Part shown: piece by piece, positions 30,601 through 37,219 of the stretch | How the letters are laid out: every line of letters starts with the position of its first letter | How positions within the stretch are numbered: the first letter of the stretch is position 1 | Made by a program: the position numbers and the translations under genes | Virus record (IMG/VR): IMGVR_UViG_3300005439_000017 | Span: 1 to 64,000 of that record | DNA: 64,000 nucleotides | Direction: 5' to 3' (one strand) | Origin: a virus | Taxonomy: Duplodnaviria; Caudoviricetes | Notes under the pieces: model-generated | Seen by the model: the letters and a program-made list of their open reading frames with translations, nothing else | Told to the model about the DNA's origin: nothing | The model's database searches: none

Positions 30601-32393
30601 CTATCAATAAAAGATTGTTGAAGATCATTATCAAACGAGGATTGTATAGCAGATTGAACTTGAGCTTTTGTTGCAAAACCTTCTGCTTTAGCTGCGTTAT
30701 ATAAATTACTAAGAGTCTCTTTGTAAGCCTCTTTCATATTCTCAAATCCTTTAACAGAATTAAGAGCATTAAGCTGGAGTTCTGTTTTCTTAATATTATT
30801 AAGAAGAGGGCTGAGATTTAAAGCCACAGAAGCATTATTAAAGGAAGTATTGATATCGTCATTCAGAGATTTAAGCCTTTTCTCTTTCAATCTCTGTTGA
30901 ACAAGGTTCTGAAGTTCTGTTTGTTTTACTTCTTCAGATTTAGTGTTATCGTTATAGATTCTATTAAAAGCATCTTCAACAAATTTGACATCATCCAATC
31001 TCGAAGATATCTTAGATCTAAAATCATCAGGATTAATATTAAGAGCCGAAGTATCTGTGTCTTGAGATTGATTTCTTATCTCATTTTCAAACTGATCTAG
31101 TTTCCCTTCTCTAGCTTTGGTGATAGCTTCCGACATGAAAGTATTATCAGCTATATCGTAGAAAGTTTTCTTATCTCCTACTTCAGCTGCTTGTGCTTGA
31201 GCCATATTGTTTCCAAGAACTTTATCAAGCTTCGTCCTAATAGGATCTACAAATTCATCAATTCCTTGACTAGCAACAGTGAACACTCCTCCACCTAATC
31301 CTCCAAGTAAAGCAGATGTATAAAGGTCTGGATCAGAAAGATAGCTAGATATTCTACTACCAGGAGATTTAGATTCAATCAATCCTTTATCTCTTTCAGC
31401 ATTATAAGCAGATTCTTTTTGAGCTAGATATTGATATACCTCTTCACCTGCTTCTGTAGGTATTTGTTTTAATAGTTCTGATTTCAGAGTGCTGCCAGCT
31501 CTTCTGGCTAGATTAAAACTCTTAAACATACTAGCATACTGAAAAGCATCGACACCTAATAATAAAGAGTTAGCATACCAAGTATTTCTACCGGTTTCTC
31601 CAGCTATTTCTTTAGCTGTAGCATCAGCAGATTCAGGATCATATCCTCTTTCTATAAGAGAATTATAAGATTCCTGATACGAGGTTTTAGCAGCTTCATA
31701 TGATTCTGCTGTATTTTCAGTAAGTCTGGATAGTACAGCTGCTGTTAATCCTTTAGCTGAATTTACTTTACCTACAGTATTCAATAATCTACCGGCCCCT
31801 AAAGCTTTACCTGCTGATCCTAGTAGTTTTGTACCGGCTGCTGTAGGTATCATCATAGATACTGTTGTAGCCAAATTAGGTAGATTATTAGCCCACCAAG
31901 AACTCGATAAAGGATTGAATCCTCTATCATCATCTGACATATATACATTAGCTTCAGCAGCATCTTGTGCCTGCATCATGATATCAGAGAACCAGTTATT
32001 GAATTCACTCTCAGCTCCTATAACAGAATTGTAATGACCTTCAACATCAAGAAGTCTTGCAGAATCTCTAAGTGTTCCTAAAGTTAATTCAAGCACAGAA
32101 TTATACAATCCCTTACCTAGATTGGCAAAAGGGTTTTGAGAGTCGGCACGAATAGCCTCATTATCAATACCCTCATAAGGAAGAAATCCATATTCACCAT
32201 GTGACGGATAAACATTAAATTCTGGGGACACTCTTCCAGATCCCGCTAATCCAGTATTAATATCAGATAAGTTTTTAGTACCAGGAATTCCTAAATCTGA
32301 CAAGGTCTTATAATCAGAATTCTGAGCCTTTAGGGACTCAGAAGCCTGTTTGTTGTTTTTATATAATTCCGATAAAGGTATGTATTCTGCCAT
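21648..32393 (-). CDS. giant virion RNA polymerase polyprotein (~3581 aa; beta- and beta-prime-like halves, zincin and ART-like domains)
   Basis: GYRIPTEG...MGSDFDIDKL catalytic DxDxD motif (~23683-23712); TDAQGY and IKYSAVPL in the other barrel; TTYHEAFH zincin (~27601-27638); ART-PolyVal-like segment at 28620-29070. The probable start is ATG 32393, 1 nt after the upstream stop (track start 32429). Confidence 0.9.
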   Translation of the reverse strand: MAEYIPLSELYKNNKQASESLKAQNSDYKTLSDLGIPGTKNLSDINTGLAGSGRVSPEFNVYPSHGEYGFLPYEGIDNEAIRADSQNPFANLGKGLYNSVLELTLGTLRDSARLLDVEGHYNSVIGAESEFNNWFSDIMMQAQDAAEANVYMSDDDRGFNPLSSSWWANNLPNLATTVSMMIPTAAGTKLLGSAGKALGAGRLLNTVGKVNSAKGLTAAVLSRLTENTAESYEAAKTSYQESYNSLIERGYDPESADATAKEIAGETGRNTWYANSLLLGVDAFQYASMFKSFNLARRAGSTLKSELLKQIPTEAGEEVYQYLAQKESAYNAERDKGLIESKSPGSRISSYLSDPDLYTSALLGGLGGGVFTVASQGIDEFVDPIRTKLDKVLGNNMAQAQAAEVGDKKTFYDIADNTFMSEAITKAREGKLDQFENEIRNQSQDTDTSALNINPDDFRSKISSRLDDVKFVEDAFNRIYNDNTKSEEVKQTELQNLVQQRLKEKRLKSLNDDINTSFNNASVALNLSPLLNNIKKTELQLNALNSVKGFENMKEAYKETLSNLYNAAKAEGFATKAQVQSAIQSSFDNDLQQSFIDRIKLETELGTIKDILKKVETKKGQEEITTALKDDMKSQMRSMVADNLRDNFVSKATVEDLQRLLETPIQGNIAKAIDVPENTLYKDIPELAKIVNDEMDRRRNELTKVETVKQFEKRYFKSVTPDRNFYKSLGERYKDLKAFEMDKAHFEPIFTDLGYTLRSETPEELKDSLSDAREQEIFPEIRKTIDDYFNTENTVKSSIVEPNDIDSIPTTTDLSEALSTQLSNENTSNSPNAVAYNAFSNPVYLENNSVNVGDSVSFNINKSVDVNPFIIRFANANNLDPNELLSYSNNNPYLTAAIEIISGDRIIGFVKAIYTKEIAEANDDIVRFRKALYEGESVEVPTNFTTKAPNGQDSILYRDLVEIYGKEQGKIQYAKLREPNTILQDFSDKYGPLKVDYADPVKYNYSEDMLAWTTNDKFGITIYLSEKFKDRTTKLKDKKILLAGFDSKVSFDLDDNPDLKAKLKTAFTIRQNLENFIIYLYTLGYVQSPDGKIVKFNRTNLERAIDQSVKDKNIMRDINGEPMIFMTAGKEGIEKFKKPGDEGYRKSDAFTGEQGIYFSRDIRQAEKYGRFTDKNTIGEGKDLYYAFLKSKGPYIMGDPLHEARYKLETSITISSDDRRALEEIGFDSVVWNKQSDKGYRPFLEMVVFEPDQIEVIDTYRGKKPITESKIIHKGPGLFNNVDKNKSLKKEEKTEKLSDTLKTKDFSLGYGLQGNIVIPNNEVLQNATSAVNLKDGAVYIPIIGLDGKVRPAKANLRRLTSAEVEYIIDNLNNVTPESYKDISDKINEVTYVGNKSDNTLYIDGATESIIIGSETFRFGDNFNDDYVRNDLSNRLRNVLKSKINGFDEYNDPVTGNSYSNYNDFLSEEFVVTSDLNSQYPFIQPSLHYELPKVVPDLGDIKKPEPYKFPDKVVRKPGIFRRSSATDEKFEPLNSTNELAWVAKNLPFIEDRVQFVDDLRTINSKFGQSAWGLFYDNMIYINRNAPEGTTYHEAFHVVFNLILSNKERESVTTQGTRKYPKITAEEASKLGELYPDLSESEINDIYIEEKLAEDFKRYIINNQSISSLGAKILNFFKRLYQQLKALLSNKIALDEFFYRIDSGIYSQSEKLFKRNINRQNNELLVRQSLVPGFTIKLQRKAIETIDDMFIEAIEELVEQYEVNKGLPVGFIEYGEFLSNNKLNLNIIYDRAIESFQARHADSKGNLPELNQKLVDMFEDMEVNGEKIEGLKTKHKRFLSVYGYNIRVRDLAQDWSEYIENKIQSENEVDIDEPDIDNKERWQYQYFEISGYDKLSAGMKRLVRSLRAMEKKPTLYTDVDGNQQLNYHFKINEFAEYERVNFHETYNFLVRNLAGLDTYADMINEMQELTSFRPEIHQLIDILNESGDDLKSEFYTNFSKSNNKFITVLFSTEVDELGETKKFRVMTSNRKNIRNFIKEEWKNKFIDKFIYIDNNKQAIRHEALAILNNKYKVLKASLETSLKEGKALTDDIIDNYIDVLRAIGINIPKSVFDRYKQSVSVGNLIIPGINEFKTFIYGSTEGTLENLVSSVKSLQNPFLTEDKAIDRLANLVINFNKDIITDSFKNVENKSVYSYNMNTFMTKFLTKIKNGSGVEILKTYLNDPYYSDSRLVKRLINDKNFREKGFDLFVVDGLREQIKGQSGTKYKDFNEKDSWVTKINLFLNNGSKETAVYVLPTPSDNPVIRAISSYRYNENDIVDTYVNQVIVPEIKRIADLYINKIPMDSPLAVKNYIKKGNTKGNGYKLLSTDSAAIQQLAPGLVSSIVNNGAIDPALITQLKSAATEYLTGKAQEFQNKLLDLGIITKDDSNAIQSEFIDPVAIERVYNGSLTKALNRFYINSLIFTGEISRLTIGDTAFYKDVTDASKRSNEINVPGDDLNIDVTGETYNVAILKTEKVDKPAFNGIDYTDAQGYMTLDRYIKIAKATGKYNTKLEESLFKLQSGEATIKDYGIILNPVKGFYYAHSYNEELKKVVPTQIKYSAVPLIPALTKDNPKLDKLRRTMEENGIDEAVFDSAVKAGEINSNNQEDFLNNKDVKYITLSNSYWRWVQNVPEKHIDAHILFGTQIRRLILENVKNDTIYKLKDKELTGREIKDLYQKLIVDNVREDLSATVEEFSDINTLVDMLRDEIDSRNLDDNYEQGLKLITKKDGSQTISLPFNLLTRFEPILTSIFKNGVMSQKTRGIGAVQVSQFGFQDLKYIRNKEGVIEYAECLLPWWTKEVVQPKDIADIDPELLKMVGYRIPTEGKHSMIPLKVVGFLPQESGSMVVLPPEIVSQMGSDFDIDKLYIMLPEFKKQGNDITKIEFNPEAESHTREERDNGILDIIQSILTNPANYNEIVKEGGFAELQKLAGEVRKYKSKAPLIYIDPISQEEFRKRNQAGAGLIGLAANQNTNHALAQESNLYLNNGTITFDGKSETNLSGMYALDLKTLISDNLGQFLAAFVDNAKDPVADDLNINFETFGVAAMIVRAGYSLETASYFISQPILEDYVRFLTIYNEKEAETRIIAKYNIDKLENKVVDLSTETLRRELKDTTNDYQKLVYQTYKQYRKYANSLGLAVSATRADAIRSLPTLAQLNQFLDKVDQSIENKMVSTASVFSEESTYPMVKEFTDVLRVTRDNTARYIPYGNRIFDNFLRQLKDNGDASDTFYYKNISALNNSLISFITTDFDWLKDNTKNLKELLIGEKTLAKRLNKLKGNKDYEDNLFIKLLHTPDYQSNKDVNYITFSGTVGYTKDERNEIIQDFDRLLKDDNTEVASIGKDLVVYSFAVSGVGKSLYSFADFIPTEYLRDIGLIDFQEDIFGKLEQDSLYLQKINRFVEQFIRNNPNSGFVKEVDPKFVIQHKNHYLVVKDGSNVIDTVTYQQEGETFTEKLPKFMVKFDNKLFRLLDKNTFTYEEVGKLVGNEYDINIDNLQSIVVSNNVKVDESKSPVTKQVETLDNTISDTNKDVSDDDIQTLIDHCK

Positions 32394-32394
32394 A

Positions 32395-34374
32395 TTATCT
32401 TTTGTTGTGGTGATTATAAACTTTCTCAAATGTATTGGGGGTAGCCATATCTGCTTCAGGAATAATTATAATATCACTGTTTTTATTATGTTTGTCTGAA
32501 ACATTGTATGTACCATCCTTATTTTGTCTTATATCATAACCATATTTCTTAAACTTCCTCCAATTCTCATTGAAATTCCAAGAAGCAGCATAGTCTTCCT
32601 CTGGACTAATCTCTTTATCTGGACCCATCATTTCGAAATCGTTAGCTCTAGCCCCCTGCCAACTCATAACCTGCGAAGGAGAGACACCAACCTTTATTGG
32701 ATAAAGCGTTTCTTTTTTTCCATCTTCATTCACTCTTTCTCTACGATCAGCACCACCAACATTATCTTTTTCAAATCCGGCCTTCTTGAATTCATCTTCA
32801 TTAACGTATACATTATAAAGCAGCATAGGTTCTTCTCCTCCGTGTACAGTAGGAACTAAAGCTGTTTGACCAGTAAACTCTTTCTTATAGTTCGTAACAT
32901 CTCCACCATTAAGTGCTTGTCCTATAGGTAGCATGTTGAACTTCTCACCAAAAACCACAGCATTTGAATTATTTAATGCATTTACTCCCTGCTTGGAAGC
33001 ATAATTAGCCAATGCAGGATTTGCTGCAGCTACTTTAGTGCCTACTAATATCTTCTGAGCAACATCTCTATTATCTTGCAAATAGTCATAAAGTATATCT
33101 CCATATGGATTATCGGGGTTAGCTCCTTTATCTTCAATCCATTCGTTATAGCTCATTGGCCTTCCTGTTTTCTTTTGTGGATTTTTTGATCCAAACCCAC
33201 CAGCCATTCCAGGTAGCTGTTGCCAAGGAGAATCTAAATATTTTTGATATTCCCCCCGAGACCTCTCATATAGATCTCCTCTTTCCCTTTTACCCAAATC
33301 TTTATAAGAAGTTGTTGTAACAGGTCTACTAGGCATTTCAATAGCTGGACCAGGACTGTATTCTTGCCCAGCAGCTGTTGGATTATAAGATTCTGTCATA
33401 GTCTGAGACAATACCGATAACTGTGATTTACCATTTAATAACTTTAACCAGCTAGCCGGGACATCTTCATAACCTGCCATAGTATTTGAAATAAATGGTA
33501 TTCTGCTCCTCAGTAGTTCTTTCGCTTTATCTCTACCATATGCAGATGCAACTTCTTCTGGAGTATACGGTTGTTGAGTATTGGGGTTAATTGAATTAGC
33601 AAATCCAGCGTAATTGGCTCTAGGATTATTCATGAAATCCATACCAGATCTCCTGAAATATTGATCTCCAGCAGATTCGCTCATAAAACTCGGAAGTATT
33701 TCATCTAGTATTTTATCAACTTCTTTTGAATTAGGATCTAGAAATTGCCCCTTACCTGTCTGTATTTTAGGAATATAGCCCATTGTACCATCAAGCTTTC
33801 TAACAGGGATATTAACAACCTTCCAACCAAGATCCCTCATCTTGGCTTGAATATGAGGATGAATTGCCTTATCGGCCTCTCCTATATAGTCCTGAGTCAA
33901 TTCAAATCCAGGTCTAGTATCTTGATAGTTCTGCCAAGAGATCTTCCCGCTAGCATCAAGAAAAGGCTTATCAAACACATCTCTATTATATTCCCATACC
34001 TTACCTTGAGCAGCTAGCTGGTCTCTCATCTTCCTATGCTCCTGTTCCAGACCATATAGATCAGTTAATCCCTTTATTTCAGGACTAGCAGCAGTTCTCC
34101 TAGCAAGTCTCCTTATTTCATTCTCCATCCCCGGAGTATATTTAGGATACTTTGTCATAAGAGCATTGCTTTCATTAAAGAATTTATTGATTATAGCATT
34201 CTTTCCAGCAACGTCAACAGTTCTAGTAGGTAAAGCAGCCAATCTATCTTCTATAGCCTCTAAAGAAGATCTATTCCTCTGGTATTCTTGTTCCTGTGAT
34301 CTTGCTGCAGCATCATAATACTGAAAAGGAATAGGTATATAATTGGAGGGAGTATAATTGTCATACAAATTCAT
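32395..34374 (-). CDS. virion (ejected) protein, 659 aa
   Basis: First of three large genes preceding the vRNAP; the N-terminal YTPSNYIPIPF + coiled coil is typical of this position in crAss-like genomes. Confidence 0.65.
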   Translation of the reverse strand: MNLYDNYTPSNYIPIPFQYYDAAARSQEQEYQRNRSSLEAIEDRLAALPTRTVDVAGKNAIINKFFNESNALMTKYPKYTPGMENEIRRLARRTAASPEIKGLTDLYGLEQEHRKMRDQLAAQGKVWEYNRDVFDKPFLDASGKISWQNYQDTRPGFELTQDYIGEADKAIHPHIQAKMRDLGWKVVNIPVRKLDGTMGYIPKIQTGKGQFLDPNSKEVDKILDEILPSFMSESAGDQYFRRSGMDFMNNPRANYAGFANSINPNTQQPYTPEEVASAYGRDKAKELLRSRIPFISNTMAGYEDVPASWLKLLNGKSQLSVLSQTMTESYNPTAAGQEYSPGPAIEMPSRPVTTTSYKDLGKRERGDLYERSRGEYQKYLDSPWQQLPGMAGGFGSKNPQKKTGRPMSYNEWIEDKGANPDNPYGDILYDYLQDNRDVAQKILVGTKVAAANPALANYASKQGVNALNNSNAVVFGEKFNMLPIGQALNGGDVTNYKKEFTGQTALVPTVHGGEEPMLLYNVYVNEDEFKKAGFEKDNVGGADRRERVNEDGKKETLYPIKVGVSPSQVMSWQGARANDFEMMGPDKEISPEEDYAASWNFNENWRKFKKYGYDIRQNKDGTYNVSDKHNKNSDIIIIPEADMATPNTFEKVYNHHNKR

Positions 34375-34380
34375 AAGTTA

Positions 34381-34411
34381 CAAATATAATGATTTTTAGT
34401 GAATTATCAAA
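34381..34411 (-). promoter_or_regulatory. Bacteroidota sigma-A-type promoter (full consensus)
   Basis: On the minus strand, TTTG (34411-08) - 19 nt - TATATTTG (34388-81), 6 nt before ATG 34374. Confidence 0.7.
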
Positions 34412-34412
34412 A

Positions 34413-35186
34413 TTATATATTGCTATGAGGATAGAGTTTAGGCAATAGATCTAATAACTGCTGATCTCTACCATATCCTTGGAATATATCGCTTAGGTTA
34501 GATATAGCTCCATATCTATTTCTCCTCACATTAGCTCTATTTCTAAGATTCATATCCTGATACATATTATCATATCCAGCCTGTTCATTTCCAAATCTTC
34601 CATAAGCATCAGCCAACCCTATACCCATTTGATTAGCAGTAGATTGTATTCCAACATCTCCTCTATTTCTATCGCCATAAGTAGAATTAAGCCCTCTAAG
34701 AGTTACACCTCTATTAGCTAGTTTAGTAGCAGCTCTACTTGGGCCTGAAAGATTGCCTTGAGCCCATCTATCAACAGATCTCCCTGAAGACTTAATGTCT
34801 CCTATTTGATCTGATACGTCATATCTAAGCCCTCTTTGATTAGCTATAGAAGTTCTATACTGGTTTAAAGCTTCATCCCTATATGGATTCTGTATTCTAT
34901 TTATTCTGTCAGTATTGAAACTGTCAGCAAATTGCAAACCAGAGCCCAACAGGCCCATACCTAATCCTATATTGGAAGCATTATTATCTACCCAATCTCC
35001 AGCTCTTGAAAGAGGATTACTATCCCAGAAATCACCAAGTCTACTTGAGAATGGTCTGCTAGGATATTCAAGAAATGCGTCTTGAGGAACAGGTTGTAGT
35101 TCAGGTAGAGTTAATCCTCCTTCGGGGTACATGTAACCTCCTCTAAGGTATTTAGGCGCTTTTTTTATTCTTATTCTTGTCCTCAT
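34413..35186 (-). CDS. putative virion cargo protein (257 aa)
   Basis: Gly-rich hydrophobic segment IGLGMGLLGSGLQFA; YLRGG and YPEGG motifs; synteny with crAss cargo genes. Confidence 0.6.
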   Translation of the reverse strand: MRTRIRIKKAPKYLRGGYMYPEGGLTLPELQPVPQDAFLEYPSRPFSSRLGDFWDSNPLSRAGDWVDNNASNIGLGMGLLGSGLQFADSFNTDRINRIQNPYRDEALNQYRTSIANQRGLRYDVSDQIGDIKSSGRSVDRWAQGNLSGPSRAATKLANRGVTLRGLNSTYGDRNRGDVGIQSTANQMGIGLADAYGRFGNEQAGYDNMYQDMNLRNRANVRRNRYGAISNLSDIFQGYGRDQQLLDLLPKLYPHSNI

Positions 35187-35724
35187 TATATTTAATTATA
35201 TTTTTACAAAACCAAATTAACTTATCAAACGGCATATCAGACTTCATTTGATTAGCTGCCATACACACAAGTTGAATATTATTTTTAGAGTATTGTTTAT
35301 AACAATCTATTTTGTCAACACTTACATTTGTATGTACTCTTCCATTAAACATTTCATAAGTCATTTCTATACCACTTAAGGCACAAATACCATTTTGATT
35401 TTCCCATATCTCTTTCAGAACTTCCCACCCAAAATCTATAACATACCCGCTGGCTCTAGCTCTATCCTTTATTCCATGCCATCTTTCAAGTAGAATTCTG
35501 TTCAAATCCTTTTTTCCTCTATTAGTTAGTTTCTTCTTATTATATGCTGCTTGTTTACATAATTTACAACGATAGTCTTTGTTATCTCTAAACCATCTTG
35601 CGTTATTATTATCAAAAAGATCTTCTGATAAATATTTCTTACAACAATAACATATTAAATTACCACAATCATCTTTTTGCTTAAATTTAGTTCTATATCT
35701 TCTTTTAGACTCTTTCAATTTCAT
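35152..35724 (-). CDS. free-standing His-Me finger (HNH-like) endonuclease with N-terminal Zn finger
   Basis: CYCCKK...YRCKLCK Zn finger; WENQNGICALSG...SVDKID...YSKNNIQLVC..ANQMK catalytic pattern; overlaps both neighbours. Confidence 0.75.
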   Translation of the reverse strand: MKLKESKRRYRTKFKQKDDCGNLICYCCKKYLSEDLFDNNNARWFRDNKDYRCKLCKQAAYNKKKLTNRGKKDLNRILLERWHGIKDRARASGYVIDFGWEVLKEIWENQNGICALSGIEMTYEMFNGRVHTNVSVDKIDCYKQYSKNNIQLVCMAANQMKSDMPFDKLIWFCKNIIKYNEDKNKNKKSA

Positions 35725-37219
35725 ATCCCATATTTATAAGGTTTTGTATTTGATTTTCATCTAAATCATGCTCCGATCCTTCTATAAACCCACCATATTC
35801 TTTTTTATTCCAGCGCGAAGCATTTAAAGCGAAGATAGCACGTTTCCTAGTCAATGGATTCTTACTATGAGTAAGTTCTTCTGTAGTCTTCCCAGTACGT
35901 TTCTTTAAGGCATTAAACTTACCTCTATTCTCCGGCTTGATGTGAATAGTTCCTCCGTCTCTGTATTCTTGGGCTTCAGGTTCTTGATACATCTTTGTCA
36001 TCTCTTGTAACTGGAATATCTGTTCAGACTTTACATCATTTCTATCCACTGAATTCTTCAGATACAAATCGTTCGGTCTTATAGTCAGTCTCTTGTCTTG
36101 TTTCATTCTATTCCTTTCTATTTTAGCCTGATCTTTAGCAAATGTTTTATTCGTTAAAGGATTAATTAATCTATCAGAGGTTATCTTCGTACCTTCAGGT
36201 AATGTTGTTTTTATTCCTCCATCAGCATGACTAGGACCATCAAACATTAAAGTCTGACCATCAGGAGTAATAGCCACCTCTTCCTTTTCAACTTCTGCTG
36301 GTTGGTGACCCATCAGTGCTCTACCATCCCAGTAATTTCTTGTATAACTATTATCTTGCATAAATCCTCCATCTTTATAAAGCAGCCTACTATTTCCATA
36401 CATCTGTTTAGGATTAGGTCTTATGGTATCAACTCTCAATTCTGGAGTTTTCATTTCTACCTCTTCAGGAGAATCAAATAAACCCCCTAGATAACTACCA
36501 GCATATGCTCCTACTCCACCAAGTAGGGGATTTACTGAACCTAGACCTATAGTACCAGCTATTCCTCCTATTGTAGCACCAATACCATATTTAGGTATTT
36601 TTCCTCCTTTAGAAAATTTGTTACTTTTTAAGGATTTGTACTCTTCAGGGCTATACATTTTTCCTGTTTTATGGTTCATATAATAATAGTCGTTTATTTT
36701 TGTATTATGTGTTCCATAATATTTTCCAAAATCTTTCTCGTTGAATATATAAGGAGATTCACCATTCTGAGGTATAGTATCCACTGAAACTATTGGAGGA
36801 ATAAGATTAGGCTTAGATACAATAGGGGATTCTTTTGTAACTTCAGGTTTGTATAAGACTGGTTGTACAGGTTTCTTATATATTCTAGCTACTGAATTAG
36901 GTGTAGCTTTATATGTTGTTTCAGGTAACGGAGACTTCTTATTTAGCTTTGTTAGGGCATCGTAGGCTTTCTGCCCCTTTATACCTTCCTGGGATTGATA
37001 GAAAGCCTTGGTTTGATTCAACCAAACATCATCTATTATATCAGAAGGTAGCCCTCTAGACATCAACATCTTTAAATCTGCCACATTGTTTTTACTTGAA
37101 TTATATAGAGCTAAGCTATCATTATATGCCTTTATTCTAGGATCACTCTTATTTGATGTATATATTGGAGTCTTTCCTCCATCTGGATATTGCATCTTAT
37201 CTTTCTTTTTCATTATCAA
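35705..37219 (-). CDS. putative virion cargo protein (504 aa)
   Basis: Gly-rich TM-like stretch IGATIGGIAGTIGLG...GGLF, AEVEKEEV...GPSHADGG motif, and repeated [YF]xxGG motifs; immediately downstream of the tail muzzle gene. Confidence 0.65.
   Translation of the reverse strand: MIMKKKDKMQYPDGGKTPIYTSNKSDPRIKAYNDSLALYNSSKNNVADLKMLMSRGLPSDIIDDVWLNQTKAFYQSQEGIKGQKAYDALTKLNKKSPLPETTYKATPNSVARIYKKPVQPVLYKPEVTKESPIVSKPNLIPPIVSVDTIPQNGESPYIFNEKDFGKYYGTHNTKINDYYYMNHKTGKMYSPEEYKSLKSNKFSKGGKIPKYGIGATIGGIAGTIGLGSVNPLLGGVGAYAGSYLGGLFDSPEEVEMKTPELRVDTIRPNPKQMYGNSRLLYKDGGFMQDNSYTRNYWDGRALMGHQPAEVEKEEVAITPDGQTLMFDGPSHADGGIKTTLPEGTKITSDRLINPLTNKTFAKDQAKIERNRMKQDKRLTIRPNDLYLKNSVDRNDVKSEQIFQLQEMTKMYQEPEAQEYRDGGTIHIKPENRGKFNALKKRTGKTTEELTHSKNPLTRKRAIFALNASRWNKKEYGGFIEGSEHDLDENQIQNLINMGYEIERV

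Noticed and set aside
35152-35724. A second group I intron around the HNH-like gene
   Set aside because: The ORF overlaps both flanking genes, and no P7 GACUA/UAGUC-type core or splice-restored frame was found.
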